A DNA stretch of 64,000 nucleotides from Yuukianura sp. NJ FZ-2021 (Eukaryota): positions 9,610,001-9,674,000 of the forward strand of contig CM102287.1 of assembly GCA_046563655.1 (NCBI GenBank), written 5' to 3'. Under the pieces are notes generated by a model, which did not search any database, had not been told where the DNA came from, and worked only from the letters and a program-made list of their open reading frames with translations. The translations under genes and the position numbers were made by a program. Positions 53,067-64,000 of this stretch are shown one piece after another (the stretch's first letter is position 1; the number at the start of each line of letters is the position of its first letter).

Positions 53067-54583
53067 TCATGGAATTCCTTGTTGTACTTCTTCAGAGAAA
53101 CAAGTCTCCGGCGGAAGGTAGTGGCTGGAGACCTCCGTCTGTTACTGACGGTAACTTTGTCAAGTCGGGCATACTGAGAACGTGGGCTTTCAATTCTTCT
53201 AACTTCTTCACCAAAACGTTTTGGTGCGTCTGGTGTTCCTGTAAAAGGAGAAATTAAAACATTAATCGGTGTTAAAAATTAGTAAAAGCTAAACTAAGTT
53301 AAGCTAAAGTTAAACTAACTTCGAGTCGTTGTTCTGCTTGGGTAAGGAGATCCTTCTGAGCGTGAAGAAAGTCTTGGAGTTTCATGGAAAACTTTTTACG
53401 ATCCAGAACTTCGTCGTCCAGTTTTCGATCGTAGTCGTGCAAAATTCGATATGCGGCGAAAATCTAAAATAAACCAGGTTTGCACAAGTGTTTGAAAAGA
53501 AATGAAAACATTACCTCTTTCTCCAAACTCCGAGATGCATCAGAATCAACGCAAATTTCTTCAACACCGTCTGGATTTGAAACAGTTTCAGGCAATTCTG
53601 CAATTTTTCCACGCGTGGCACCATCTGTACTTGGCATGTTTTCCATTTCCTGAAAATTTTTGACATTTTAGTTGAAAAATGACATTTTTTTTGGAAACTG
53701 AAAACTGATGCTATCTTTTACCATGATGAGTTTGATTAAGTCTTCTTCTGTTGGAGGTTCAGTGTAGGGCGACGGAGATAATTTGACCTCAAGCTGAACA
53801 AAACCGTCGGTCTCCCATTCGTCTATTTTCTTTCCCTCTGCCTTTCTTTTTCTCATCTTCGAATTCCCTGCTTCCGGTTTTGCATTTCGTGGACTTTTGT
53901 CTTTGGAAGATTGAGAAGAGCTGGGACCTGGACCACTGTCAGTCTCAGTTCCTGGTGGGGGAGTAGTGATACTGCTGAGTAGATTGAAATCGTCTTCCTC
54001 TCGACGCTGTTCATCCCAGGCTTTGAGGTACGTCATTTGAAAGTCGTCCATAAGTGGAGCTTCATAGATTCCACGATCCTTCCAGATTGCCAATATCCGC
54101 AGTAAGCTCTTCTTCGTCTTTTCTCCGGGAATCTGGGCCATGTGCTCAATGGCTTTCTTCAAGGTTGGAGCAAAAGCCTTCCCCAGTTCTGGACCTTTTC
54201 GACGACCATTCTGCACCACATCGTTAGCAAGGTAAATGAAGGTAAGTTTCCGATGATCCTCAGCTACAATCAAGAAAAACGCACAATTAGTTCATAGAGT
54301 TTCTTCCTTTCTGCACTAAAACCAGAAATAGAACTATTACTCTAGTCTCGTCTCACCTTTGAGAAATTCCTTGTACCAAACCTTAGCAATATTTTGACTG
54401 TCTTTACGATGATGGATTAGCCAGTTGGACAACCCTTGAATTGATTGTTGCGAGACATTCAGTTCCTGAAAATGAAAAAAAAATTGTAAATTGAAATCGC
54501 GGTCACACGATTGAAACATAACCAATTAATCTTTGACTTACAGCGCACTTCCTCTCAAAAGCACTTTCCGTGAACCCTGACAT
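53067..54583 (-). CDS. RPRD1B: Regulation of nuclear pre-mRNA domain-containing protein 1B (CID domain)
   Basis: MSGFTESAFERKCAELNVSQQSIQGLSNWLIHHRK, KLTFIYLANDVVQN, RILAIWKDRGIY and C-terminal MPDLTKLPSVTDGGLQPLPSAGDLF. Confidence 0.93.
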
Positions 54584-55446
54584 GATTTGCAAAGTGACAG
54601 TGCGCTTGATCAAACGATCCTCCTGTCAATCGACGCTAAAAACACGGAATAACCAGCCGATTAATTAATTAGGCTAGGATTTTAGGGAGAGGAAAACAAA
54701 AACAAAACCACATTTTGATTTTCATGTTTTATACTTTTTGCAAGAAAAACAAAAGAATTTGATTTTGAAAATACCGCCGTGGACTTTTTTTCTTCGAAAT
54801 TCCATGGAATTGGCAATTGCAACACGCAAAATACGAAACACAAACTGTGGCAAATGATATTGCAAAATGGCAAAACGACACGCGTTTTGCATTTTGCAAT
54901 TGGAATTGGATGTTTTGCAATTGCAATATTGCAATCTGTTTCTGTCCAAAGTGCAATTGCGAATTCTCATATAAAAATTGAAGGACAGATTGACTGATTG
55001 ACTTTGAAGCTGTGAAAAAGCGAATTTAGATTTAAGTCAGTGAAAATATCACTGAAAAAGCCTGTAAAATTGAATTACTAATTAGTTTAACTTCGTTACT
55101 GGACTCTCCTCGTATTTTCTCGTATCAGAGATTCGTTTAAAGTGCCGATTAACGTTGGACCTAGATGGAAAAATAGGATATTCCGATAATCCGTCACTGA
55201 ATCGTAAGTATAAATTTAGTACATTGCTTCAATTTAGCGTTAATCACTAGCAGAATTTAGCAGCGACCGACTTGAAGCTCAAAATTAGTGGGTGTAAAAT
55301 AAAATGTTTGTTAGCTAATTGGTATTTTGTTTTCCAGAGGGCTGGTTGCAACGTTGTCTCGACTGATTCCGTCCGGTTCTGTCAGTGAATTTGTTCCAAC
55401 ATTGTCATCTTCATCGAATTATCTCCGCAAAACTTGATTAGTCAAG

Positions 55447-58400
55447 ATGATGATGAGCATGAGTCCGATGGTGAGACCAGCAGGGTATGGTCATGGCCCT
55501 GGAAGTACTGGCGGAGTGTCTCCTGGACCTGGTGGTCCACCAATGACTCCCATGACTCCTTCGTTTCAACAAATGCAACAGCAACAACAACAGCAGCAGC
55601 AGCAACAACAACAACAACAAATTGCTACTATTCAGCCTCCTGGTGGGTCAGTTTCCCTTGCTGTACTGATTGACTTCATTCTCCAGAAGACTTACAATGA
55701 ACTTACTGTCATGGCTGAACTGTAAGTTGCTCAATTGATTCCATTTTTCCTAGGTGTCAGAAATGTCACAGTTTTTGTCTTGTCCACTTCTAGGCTTCCC
55801 AGGAAAACTGACATGGAACGGAAACAGGACATTTTCAGCTTTTCCTCCAGAACGAGACTTTTGTTTACTCGGCTCCTGGCTTTAGTAAAATGGGGATCAT
55901 CAGCAGCGAAAGTCGACAAATCAGTCGTAAGTTTACACGAAAAATTCAAGAATTCTGGCCAACTTCACTCGTCAACTTTTTTTTGGCAGCATATCATGGC
56001 TTTTCTGGAGAAGCAGTCTCTGCTGTTCACAGATTCCGCAGACGTTTTAGCTCGAATCGCTCGTGAAACGCTTGTTCATGCTCGGCTTCCCAATTTTCAT
56101 GTACCGGCAGCCGTAGAAGTCCTCACAACTGGAACATACAGTCGCCTTCCCACTTGCATTAGAGTAAAACACATTTACTTTTAGATTTCAATTTTTCAGG
56201 ATTGACCTTTGACCTATTTAAAACACTTACCTTTGACCTTTGTGAATAGGAACGAATTGTCCCAGCAGATCCTATAACTGCTCTGGAGAAAAAGCAGACA
56301 CTGCACAAATTGAATCAAGTCATCCAGCATCGCTTGGTCACTTCACAACTTCCTTCGCAAATGCGAAATCATCAAGTACTTTCAACTTTATGAATTTTAA
56401 AATCATCTTCGTTTTCTTAACTTTTTTATTTTGTTTGTAGATTGACCAAGGGCGAGTTGCTTTCCATGTTGAAAATGAATTTGAAGTCTCACTGACCGTT
56501 TTGGGCGATGGGCCGACCATTCCTTGGCGAATTATTGAAATTGACATTCTCGTGGAAGACAAAGACATTGGAGATGGCATGGCTCTTGTTCATCCGCTTC
56601 AACTAAATTATCTGCATCAACTGGCTCAAGGAAGAATCGAAACAAGTTCAACTCCACTGAAAGATCTCTACGACACGCTCCACAGGTTAAATTTTTTTGA
56701 AAACTAGTTCATTCTGTACTTGCAGCATTAATTGAAACGTTTTTTTTTAATAGTTTTGCCCAGAGTCTCCAGTTGGAAGTTCTGTACACGCAGGCGCTCA
56801 AGTTATGTCGCGAACGGCTCGGAGAGTATTTGAGTATCGAAGAGTACTCTATCGGGCAATCGCTGATCCTGGGCTACTGGAAGTAAGTTCCAAAATTTCA
56901 GTTTTTTAAAACAATTTTCTTTCAAATTTTTTCAGTTTTCAAAATTTTGAATTCCAGTGAGCTGAGTACACACGATCCACGAGCAGAACTTGGTTACAGA
57001 ATTGTAATTTCAGTGGATTCGGCTGATCCAGCCAATCCATTGGGCGTGACCCATCAACCACCGCTTCCAATGGAAGAAGCAGAGCAGACTGTAGAAGGAC
57101 TTCGGTTGAACCAGCTCGAAAAAATGCTGTTTCAAACAGTATACTTGCGCAGCAGAACTCGATTGGCGGAGTTATCAAAAGATATTCGTCTTCACCTTGG
57201 ACTGAATCCAACGCTTAGCGGATCTCCACCAGTTCTCAGTATTCCTATCCTCATACCAGCTTTGCCGTAAGAATTGAAATCCAATTTTTTGAAAATTTTG
57301 AAACTTTTTTTTTTGAAAAATTATGAATTTCTTGGTTTTTCAGATCTGAGGAATTGGTGGTGAATGTGAATGTACATACTGGACGATTTCTGATCCACAT
57401 TCCGCAGTTCACTTCGTCACCTCCTGTGGTCAAAGATATTCAGCTTGGACTCAACGCTCCGACGCCGGACATGGACAAGCTGAAAACGCTGTTATCGGAT
57501 TTACGCTATTGGTTGACTGAAAGACGCTGCGAAAAAACGCTGCAACACCTTCCAGCCACACCCACCGATGGACTGAGTCTTCTGCGATGGGAGGAAGATC
57601 GGATTTTAAGCCGAATCGGACCACATAGAATCACGATCAAGTTTCAAAAACATCCTTATGCCATTTTGGTAACTTTCGATTTTCACCGATTTTTAGAAAT
57701 TTTTGAACTTTTTACACTTTTTTTTCAGATTGTGGAATTTCATGAACTTGGAAGCGGTGAAATTGACTTTGGGTTTCATCTGGTTATTGTCAAAAAAACT
57801 TCGGCTGATGAAAACGAAGATGTATCTTTAGCTGCTTCAGGTCAATCGTCTTCACCAAAATTTTATTTACGACCGGTCAGTATCCTACCCCTGGACATTT
57901 TTGCATCAACACATGGACCATCAACGTCAATCCATGGTAAAAGTTTCAAAAATTTTCAGAATTTTCGAAAATGCTGTTGATTTTTCGGAATTTTGAATCA
58001 ATTTTGATTTTTTGGAATAGATGCCTTTGATAATTTGGATGGAAAGAGAAAACTGGTGGGAGCTCTGGGTGGAGCAAAAAAACAAAAACATCCGCCCTAC
58101 TTTATTCCAGAACTGGCTCACGTAGTGGCTATGTGCGACGAGAGATTACCATTTTCACTTTTGGCTCATGAGGTACTTTCAAAATTTTAAGTTTTCAGAT
58201 TTTGAAGTTTCAGAATTCATAATTTATGTTAAAATTGAATTTTGTTGTGAATAGTTGACAAGTCGAGGAGTTATACATGGAGGATGCACAGTTGAAGGGA
58301 ATGGGATGTGCCTTGCAATTCCAATTTTTAGATTTTTAATGAACATGCCTGGCGTTCCAGAAAAAGTTATGCTCAAACTGCATCAGTATCTTCAGTCAGC

Positions 58401-61400
58401 AATTATACGTTCACAAGTACAAGTCAAAAGTTTCAAAACATGGAACTTGGAGTTGAAATTTCAAGAGAAAAATCTCAAGTACGTTTAAAATTTGAAAATC
58501 ACCGATTTTCTGAGAATCCCCGATTTTCTGAAAATCGATTACAACTGTTGATTATTTGGGGAAATAATCGATTTTTTTCCTACAGTGTTCCGGGAATGAG
58601 TAATCCAATTCACTACACCTTTGAAATGGCTTTGTCATCGGAAGATCACATTACGAAATTAGTTGACAATATTTTGGACCATTGGCATGGAATTGCTCGT
58701 CTCTTTTTGCTTCTCGAAGGCTCAAAATGGCTAAAAAGACTTCGGGAATCTTCGGTCGTGTCCATGAAAAGTTTTAATTGGAGCAATTTTACACTTTTTT
58801 ATGGTCCTGGACGTGTAGCTCGAGCAAACTTCATGTACTCCCTCAATGACAAGTGCTACAAAGTCTACTTTGGTAAGCGAGACGGAGGTCATAGGTCAAA
58901 GTTTCAAAATTTTGAAAGGATTTTGAATGATTTTTGATTTCCAGGAGGCCTCGTTTCTCATAATCCGCACACTCTTCTCAGACCACAACTCCAAGCGTTT
59001 TTGAATTCAGAAAAATCGTGGACACTGGAGAAGTTGGTTCGACTTTTACAAGAAACTTATGAACCACTGTCGTATTTAGTGAAACTTCCAACGACAATTC
59101 AGCTCGGAACGGTACACAATCGACCACAACTGCCAGTACAAACTTTTGTGTTAATTGCACAGTCAATTGCGCATGTTCGGCTGGTATACAACAATGTATA
59201 CTGTCTTGATGTCCATTTCCAACCGGAAGGACTCGTATCTATTCGGGATGGAGCGTATTCACTTTTTGACAAAACTCAAGTTCTGGGAGATTTAACACCA
59301 ACACAAGGGTTGAAGGTGAGAAAATTTCAGATTTTAGAAAGTTTTTTTTTTGAAATTCGGATTTTGAAATTTTAAGATTTTGAATTTTTCCAGGCGTTTT
59401 TATCAAAGTATGTGGAAGAAAGTGGGGTGTTCAGAAGAAGATCGCAATCGGAAGATGACAATCCACCGTCACCGATTTCTACAATGTTAGATTTGGAACA
59501 GAATTTGGGCACTCCTGGTGCACCATCGTCATCGTCATCGTTTTTGTCTAAACCACAAAGTCCGGCTCCTGGAAGATCAAATCCACACACTCCTGCTAGT
59601 CCACACTTGGGTCAAGTAGGAACTTCAAAATTTTGAACTTTTTTGAAAAAAATATGATTCTGTTTGAGAATCTTACGTTTTTGTTTGTTATCTGGCAGGC
59701 TCCAAGTGGATTTAGTCCAGCGACGTCATTTGCCAACTTGGCATCTCCACCATCACTGCCACACTTGAGTCAACCTTCACCAAATCCCCAGCAAATTATG
59801 CATATGCATCAAGTACCCTCTCCTGGTACTGGTGCAACACACATTCCAGCCCCGTCACCATCCGGGGGGCCCTTATCAGTACCCACTCCTTCGCCTAATC
59901 CATCTTCTCATAACATGAATGCTCCAGGACCAGGAAGTGCCCCTACGTTAATCGGACATCCTTCTCCGTTTTTTGGCCATGCCGAAGGGTCCCCTGCGGC
60001 AGTGCAGAGCCCTTGGGGTGTCCCAGGGTCACCGTCGATTCCACGACCTTCTCCTGGCAGAGCTGGAGTGTCACCGGGAGGAGGGGGGCCCTTAGACGGA
60101 AGAACTAATGCACCAAATAGGGTACTTCCGCAGCGATCGTGGGCTGGAGCAATTCCGACTATTCTGACACATGATGCACTGGATATCTTGTGTACTCCGA
60201 TTACGATGGACGAAGATCAGGACGCTGGAAAAACTAAGGGACAAGCGTACCCTTGCAGTCCCCTTGAAAGGTTCCTTGGATGCTCGAATCTGAGAAGGCA
60301 ACTTCAGCGTATAGTGCAACAGGAAGAACATGTAAGCATATGTAAAAAAAACGTTTTGAAATCGTTTTGAGAACGTTTTTGAATTTGTGATTTGCAGTTG
60401 AATCTTCTACCGTCAACGGAGTTGGGAGTTTTGCTTTTCCGATCTGATACGATGCAGTTCCGAGTTGGTTTGGATCCTACGAACTTCCAGTCTTTACATC
60501 TCAAAATCACTCCGTTGCCAGAAACTTTTCAGTGGTCAGCTGAAGAAGTGCAACTGCTGGAAACGTTTTTTGCTGCCAAAGTGGTCAAACCGCCGTTTCG
60601 GCCTAACGGTCTCGCTGCCTTTGCTCGCCTGATCTCTCTTCCGCCTAGAGTCATTCGTGACTTGGTTCAAATCATTCGTCTTCAACTTATTCCGTCTATT
60701 GTGGAACAACAAGGATGGAACTGGTTGCCGCAGTTGTGTCTCACCGTGCCACCAGCAGCACTCCCAATCATAGCTCCAGGTAATTATGAAAAATCGCTGG
60801 AAAAAACGCTGAATTCTAAAAATTTGAAGTTTTCAATTTTGTGACGATTGAATTTTGCTGATTCCAGGAATGCCTGCTGTGGTCATCTCACAAAGCAAGT
60901 TTTTAATTTATGTAAGTGAAACTGCTGAATCTAATTTTGAAAAGATTTCTTCAGGTTTTTACTTTGAGTTTATTGGAATTTTTTGAAACTAAGTTTTGAT
61001 TTTTGACTTTTCAGCTTCTGTTGACGAAAGTGCAGTCGGAAGTGGCAGTTCCAATGGAAACAGAGTCAGCTGATCCAGTGGCCAAAGCAGACCGAGAAAC
61101 TTTTGTGGTGGCTCCGCTTGTGCATGACATGGGCAGTAACTGTACGCAAATGGCTGAGAAACGAAATGGACCAGTACCGCAAGACTGCGCAGCATTGTCG
61201 CATCATATCAAGAGATTTACGGATTTTACGTTTCCAACAATGGGCATGGATTGCAGTCTCTTTCCTACCGTGCAAGACGTAATTGCCAACTTTGTTCTGC
61301 CGAATCCCATGGAACAGCAGCAGATCAACCAAAATATGCCGATTGGCAGTGTAAGTTTTTAGTAAAAATTTAATTACAAAATTAATTAAAAGTAAGAATA

Positions 61401-61534
61401 CTTGATAGATTGTTGTTTTTGTGTTTCAGATGCCCGGACAAATGGTTCGACCGCAAATGCAAGGCATGGGAATGATGAGTCCAGGACAATTTGGCCAAGG
61501 TCACCCTCCGCCGCCTCCTCCGAACATTCTATGA
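55447..61534 (+). CDS. MED14: Mediator subunit 14, multi-exon
   Basis: [112 protein letters not shown] and CSPLERFLG. Confidence 0.95.
55576..55620 (+). repeat. CAA/CAG repeat encoding polyQ in the MED14 N-terminus
   Basis: caacagcaacaacaacagcagcagcagcaacaacaacaacaacaa. Confidence 0.9.
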
Positions 61535-61631
61535 CATTTGGCCAACAGTTGACCTTGACCTTGAAATTATTTGACCCCCCGGGGGTAATTTGACCTCTTG
61601 TTTGTGTATTTGAGATTAAATATTAAACGTT

Positions 61632-63027
61632 TCAGTATCGACATCCACATGATTCGACGAGAGCGTTGTGGTGAACGGCGACAACGTGACCCGACCGACC
61701 TGCTTCCATTACCATCAGAGGTCTGTAGGCTACTGACACGCAGCTTGAAGATGGAAGTTGGTCAGGCGTAGCAAGTCCTTCTAAGATTCTGAAATTTTGA
61801 AAAGTTTTTGAAATATTTTGAAAATTTTTGAAAATGTTTTAGATTTGTGTACCTGTGTCTGTCTATGAAGTAGGAATGGAGACTGTAGTTGTATTTTTCA
61901 TTGAGCAGAGGAAACGGACACTTTCCGCTACAGAATCCGAGGTCTAAAAGGGGCGGAGCTATGATGTCGTCCAGTCCGATGTCGCTCGGCTTCACGAGCC
62001 ATTCTTGACGACGACATGTCGCTACTTCTGATGTCGCTCCGGAAGTCATTGACCTTCGACTTGACCTTGACCTGCTTGATTCTGCTCGTTTCTGTCTGGA
62101 TGGGGATGAAGGCTGTTCCAGAAGATATTCGGGAATGTTTAGCGGCAGTTTTTGAAAAAGGAGGAAAGGCCGGTTGAGGTCAAGGTCAAAGACGAGGTCA
62201 AGCGGAATTTGGTGTCCAGTGTGATTTGTTATGCTGAATTCTAATTGGACGGTTTCTGGAATACGGTCTTCTGATTGGCCAATCATTCTGGTCATGTTTA
62301 TAGAGTAGAAGTTGCGATGTTTGGTCCAGCGGAAGTGATGATGCTAGGATTTTCAAAATTTGAATTTCAAGAATTCTAAAAACTGGATTTAAATTTTCAA
62401 AATTTTCAATTTTTTAAAAACCTGTTGAGTTGTTCTAAAAGTGACGTGCAGAGTCACTTGAGCAGGAACAAAACCTGGATCTTGTTGGACATCTTTTCGA
62501 AGTGTAAAGAGAAGCCGAATGGAATGGAAATCGCTTAAATTTTGACCAACTGAACTCAAGTTGTAAAAGGCTGTTCCATCTAGGATTCAAAATTTTTCAA
62601 AATTTTGAAATTTCTTTTTAAAAAACGCTTAAGAGTTTAAATAGAACATTTGATTAGGCGGAACATGAAAGATTTTAGCGGCAAGCTTTTAAGTTCAGTG
62701 AATTGCTAATTTTGTGGTTTGTTTATTTTAAATTGTTTAAAAAATTGACAACTTACGATGAAATTTTGATGGAAGAACGCTTTGAACTAAAGTTTGATGT
62801 CCGGTCAAGTGATTTAGCATTTGACCTTGACCTGCAGAGGTCAAGAGGTCAAATAACTTAAGCAAATACACTGGAGGTGTTGATCTTGATCCATTTTGGG
62901 GCAAATTGAGACGAATCGCTGATTCGCTGAAGCGCTGAATCGCTGATGAATGTCGCAGATGAACGAACGACAAAATGTCGCTCACGAGGCAGAGCAAAGT
63001 CAACGCTTGACTCACTTTCAGCGGCAT
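61632..63027 (-). CDS. Divergent TGF-beta/BMP family ligand
   Basis: Signal peptide, prodomain PPVYLLKLF and FYNLSS, furin site RQKR, and mature domain CRRQEWLVKPSDIGLDDIIAP..DLGFCSGKCPFPL...SSSCVS...VESCGCRY*. Confidence 0.88.
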
Positions 63028-63777
63028 TCGTTTTCGAAATTTCAAAATTTCAGAAATACTTTTCCAAAAGATTTTTCAAAATTGAAATTTTGGAAAATTT
63101 TTGAAGTCAACTCTGTTCGAGGAATGAAACTGAGAGGAAGGAGGCACAGGTAATAAACTTCTTTTTTCTTTCTGCTTCAATCTGCGTGTGACTTTTAATT
63201 GTTCTCGGTGACAATTAATTAAGTTAAACAATTTGCAAATTTGCAATTTCAATTTGCAAATTATTGGCAGAGACTTTATAACATTATAACTTTTTAACAA
63301 TGAGGAAGGATGGTCCAGAACCGTCTCGAATGTTTCAATCTTTGCCCTTGCAAAAGAAGACTTTAACTTTGCCAATTTTTGCAAATTTGCAAATCTTACT
63401 CATTTTTTTAAAATGGAACTGTGGGAACTGGGTATTTGGTAACTTGATCTCTACTTAACATCTCATCTCTGATCTGCATCTTTTCAAATCTCTTTTTTGC
63501 AAATTCACACCAACAATTTAAAAATTTCTTAAATTATTTACAAAAACTTAAATGAAAAAACTTTAAACATTTTTGAAAAAAAGTTAAGCAAAAGTGAAAG
63601 TGAAAGAAATTGGATTTTTACAAGTTAAAGTTTTTAAAGGTAAATTTTCACATTTTTATTAAATGTTTAAAGAAAGCTCATTCGACAATTATTGGTTTTT
63701 GACTTAATTTAGTAATGAAAAATGTTGATTTTTGGATTGTTGATGATTTGGTTGTTGATGTTTTCACTGTTGCTTGT

Positions 63778-64000
63778 TTAGCACTTCGAGCCTTTTCCTC
63801 TCTTGACACGACGCTTCTTTTGAGGAGTGCAGGACTTGGATTTCGAAACTTTCCGAACTAAAAAATTAAAACAATTAGTCAATTAATAATCGAATTAAGT
63901 TAATTAATTGAAAAGTTAAGTTAATTAAAAATCGGTTTAAATTGTTTTACCTTTTTTCGTCGGACCACATGCAGATGCACGTGACCGACGACGTTTACCT
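63778..64000 (-). CDS. 3' end of a small, highly basic protamine/H1-like protein (partial)
   Basis: Spliced ...GKRRRSRASACGPTKK|VRKVSKSKSCTPQKKRRVKRGKGSKC*, with a GT-AG intron near 63858-63950 and an AT-rich 3' UTR. Confidence 0.55.

Noticed and set aside
63950..64000. HIT-family motif HVHLHVV in an alternative frame
   Set aside because: The other frame gives a coherent basic protein ending before an AT-rich UTR, while the HIT frame continues into UTR-like sequence. It is probably coincidental but cannot be fully excluded without the next window.

Overview
A 64 kb window of gene-dense, AT-rich eukaryotic DNA with short GT-AG introns. It comes from a compact invertebrate genome, probably an arthropod, judged from the gene content and TATA/TCAGT-Inr motifs; the species cannot be determined. 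About 27 protein-coding genes were reconstructed by manual splicing. In order: pancreatic-lipase-like, PGAP2/Frag1-like, MED27, LYRM7, a 4-TM protein, a CARD protein, PDXDC1, ACSM, GPI-type Xaa-Pro aminopeptidase, a DOMON protein, six MARVEL-like 4-TM paralogues, PPIG-like cyclophilin, CEP164, NSMCE2, a basic/acidic orphan, PCMTD, a ThiS/MoaD-like coiled-coil orphan, RPRD1B, MED14, a divergent TGF-beta ligand and a partial protamine-like gene. The strongest finding is an apparent introner-type intron gain. A 372 bp element with terminal inverted repeats (25973-26344) is flanked by an 8 bp target-site duplication containing CAG|GT, and it forms an intron found in only one of the six MARVEL paralogues. 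Also notable are a TGF-beta ligand lacking the dimerisation cysteine, a possible ubiquitin-like (ThiS/MoaD) fusion protein, and a heavily over-represented TGACCTTTGACC motif, mostly in introns. No rRNA, tRNA or CRISPR features were seen. Exon boundaries are by eye, without expression data or database searches.
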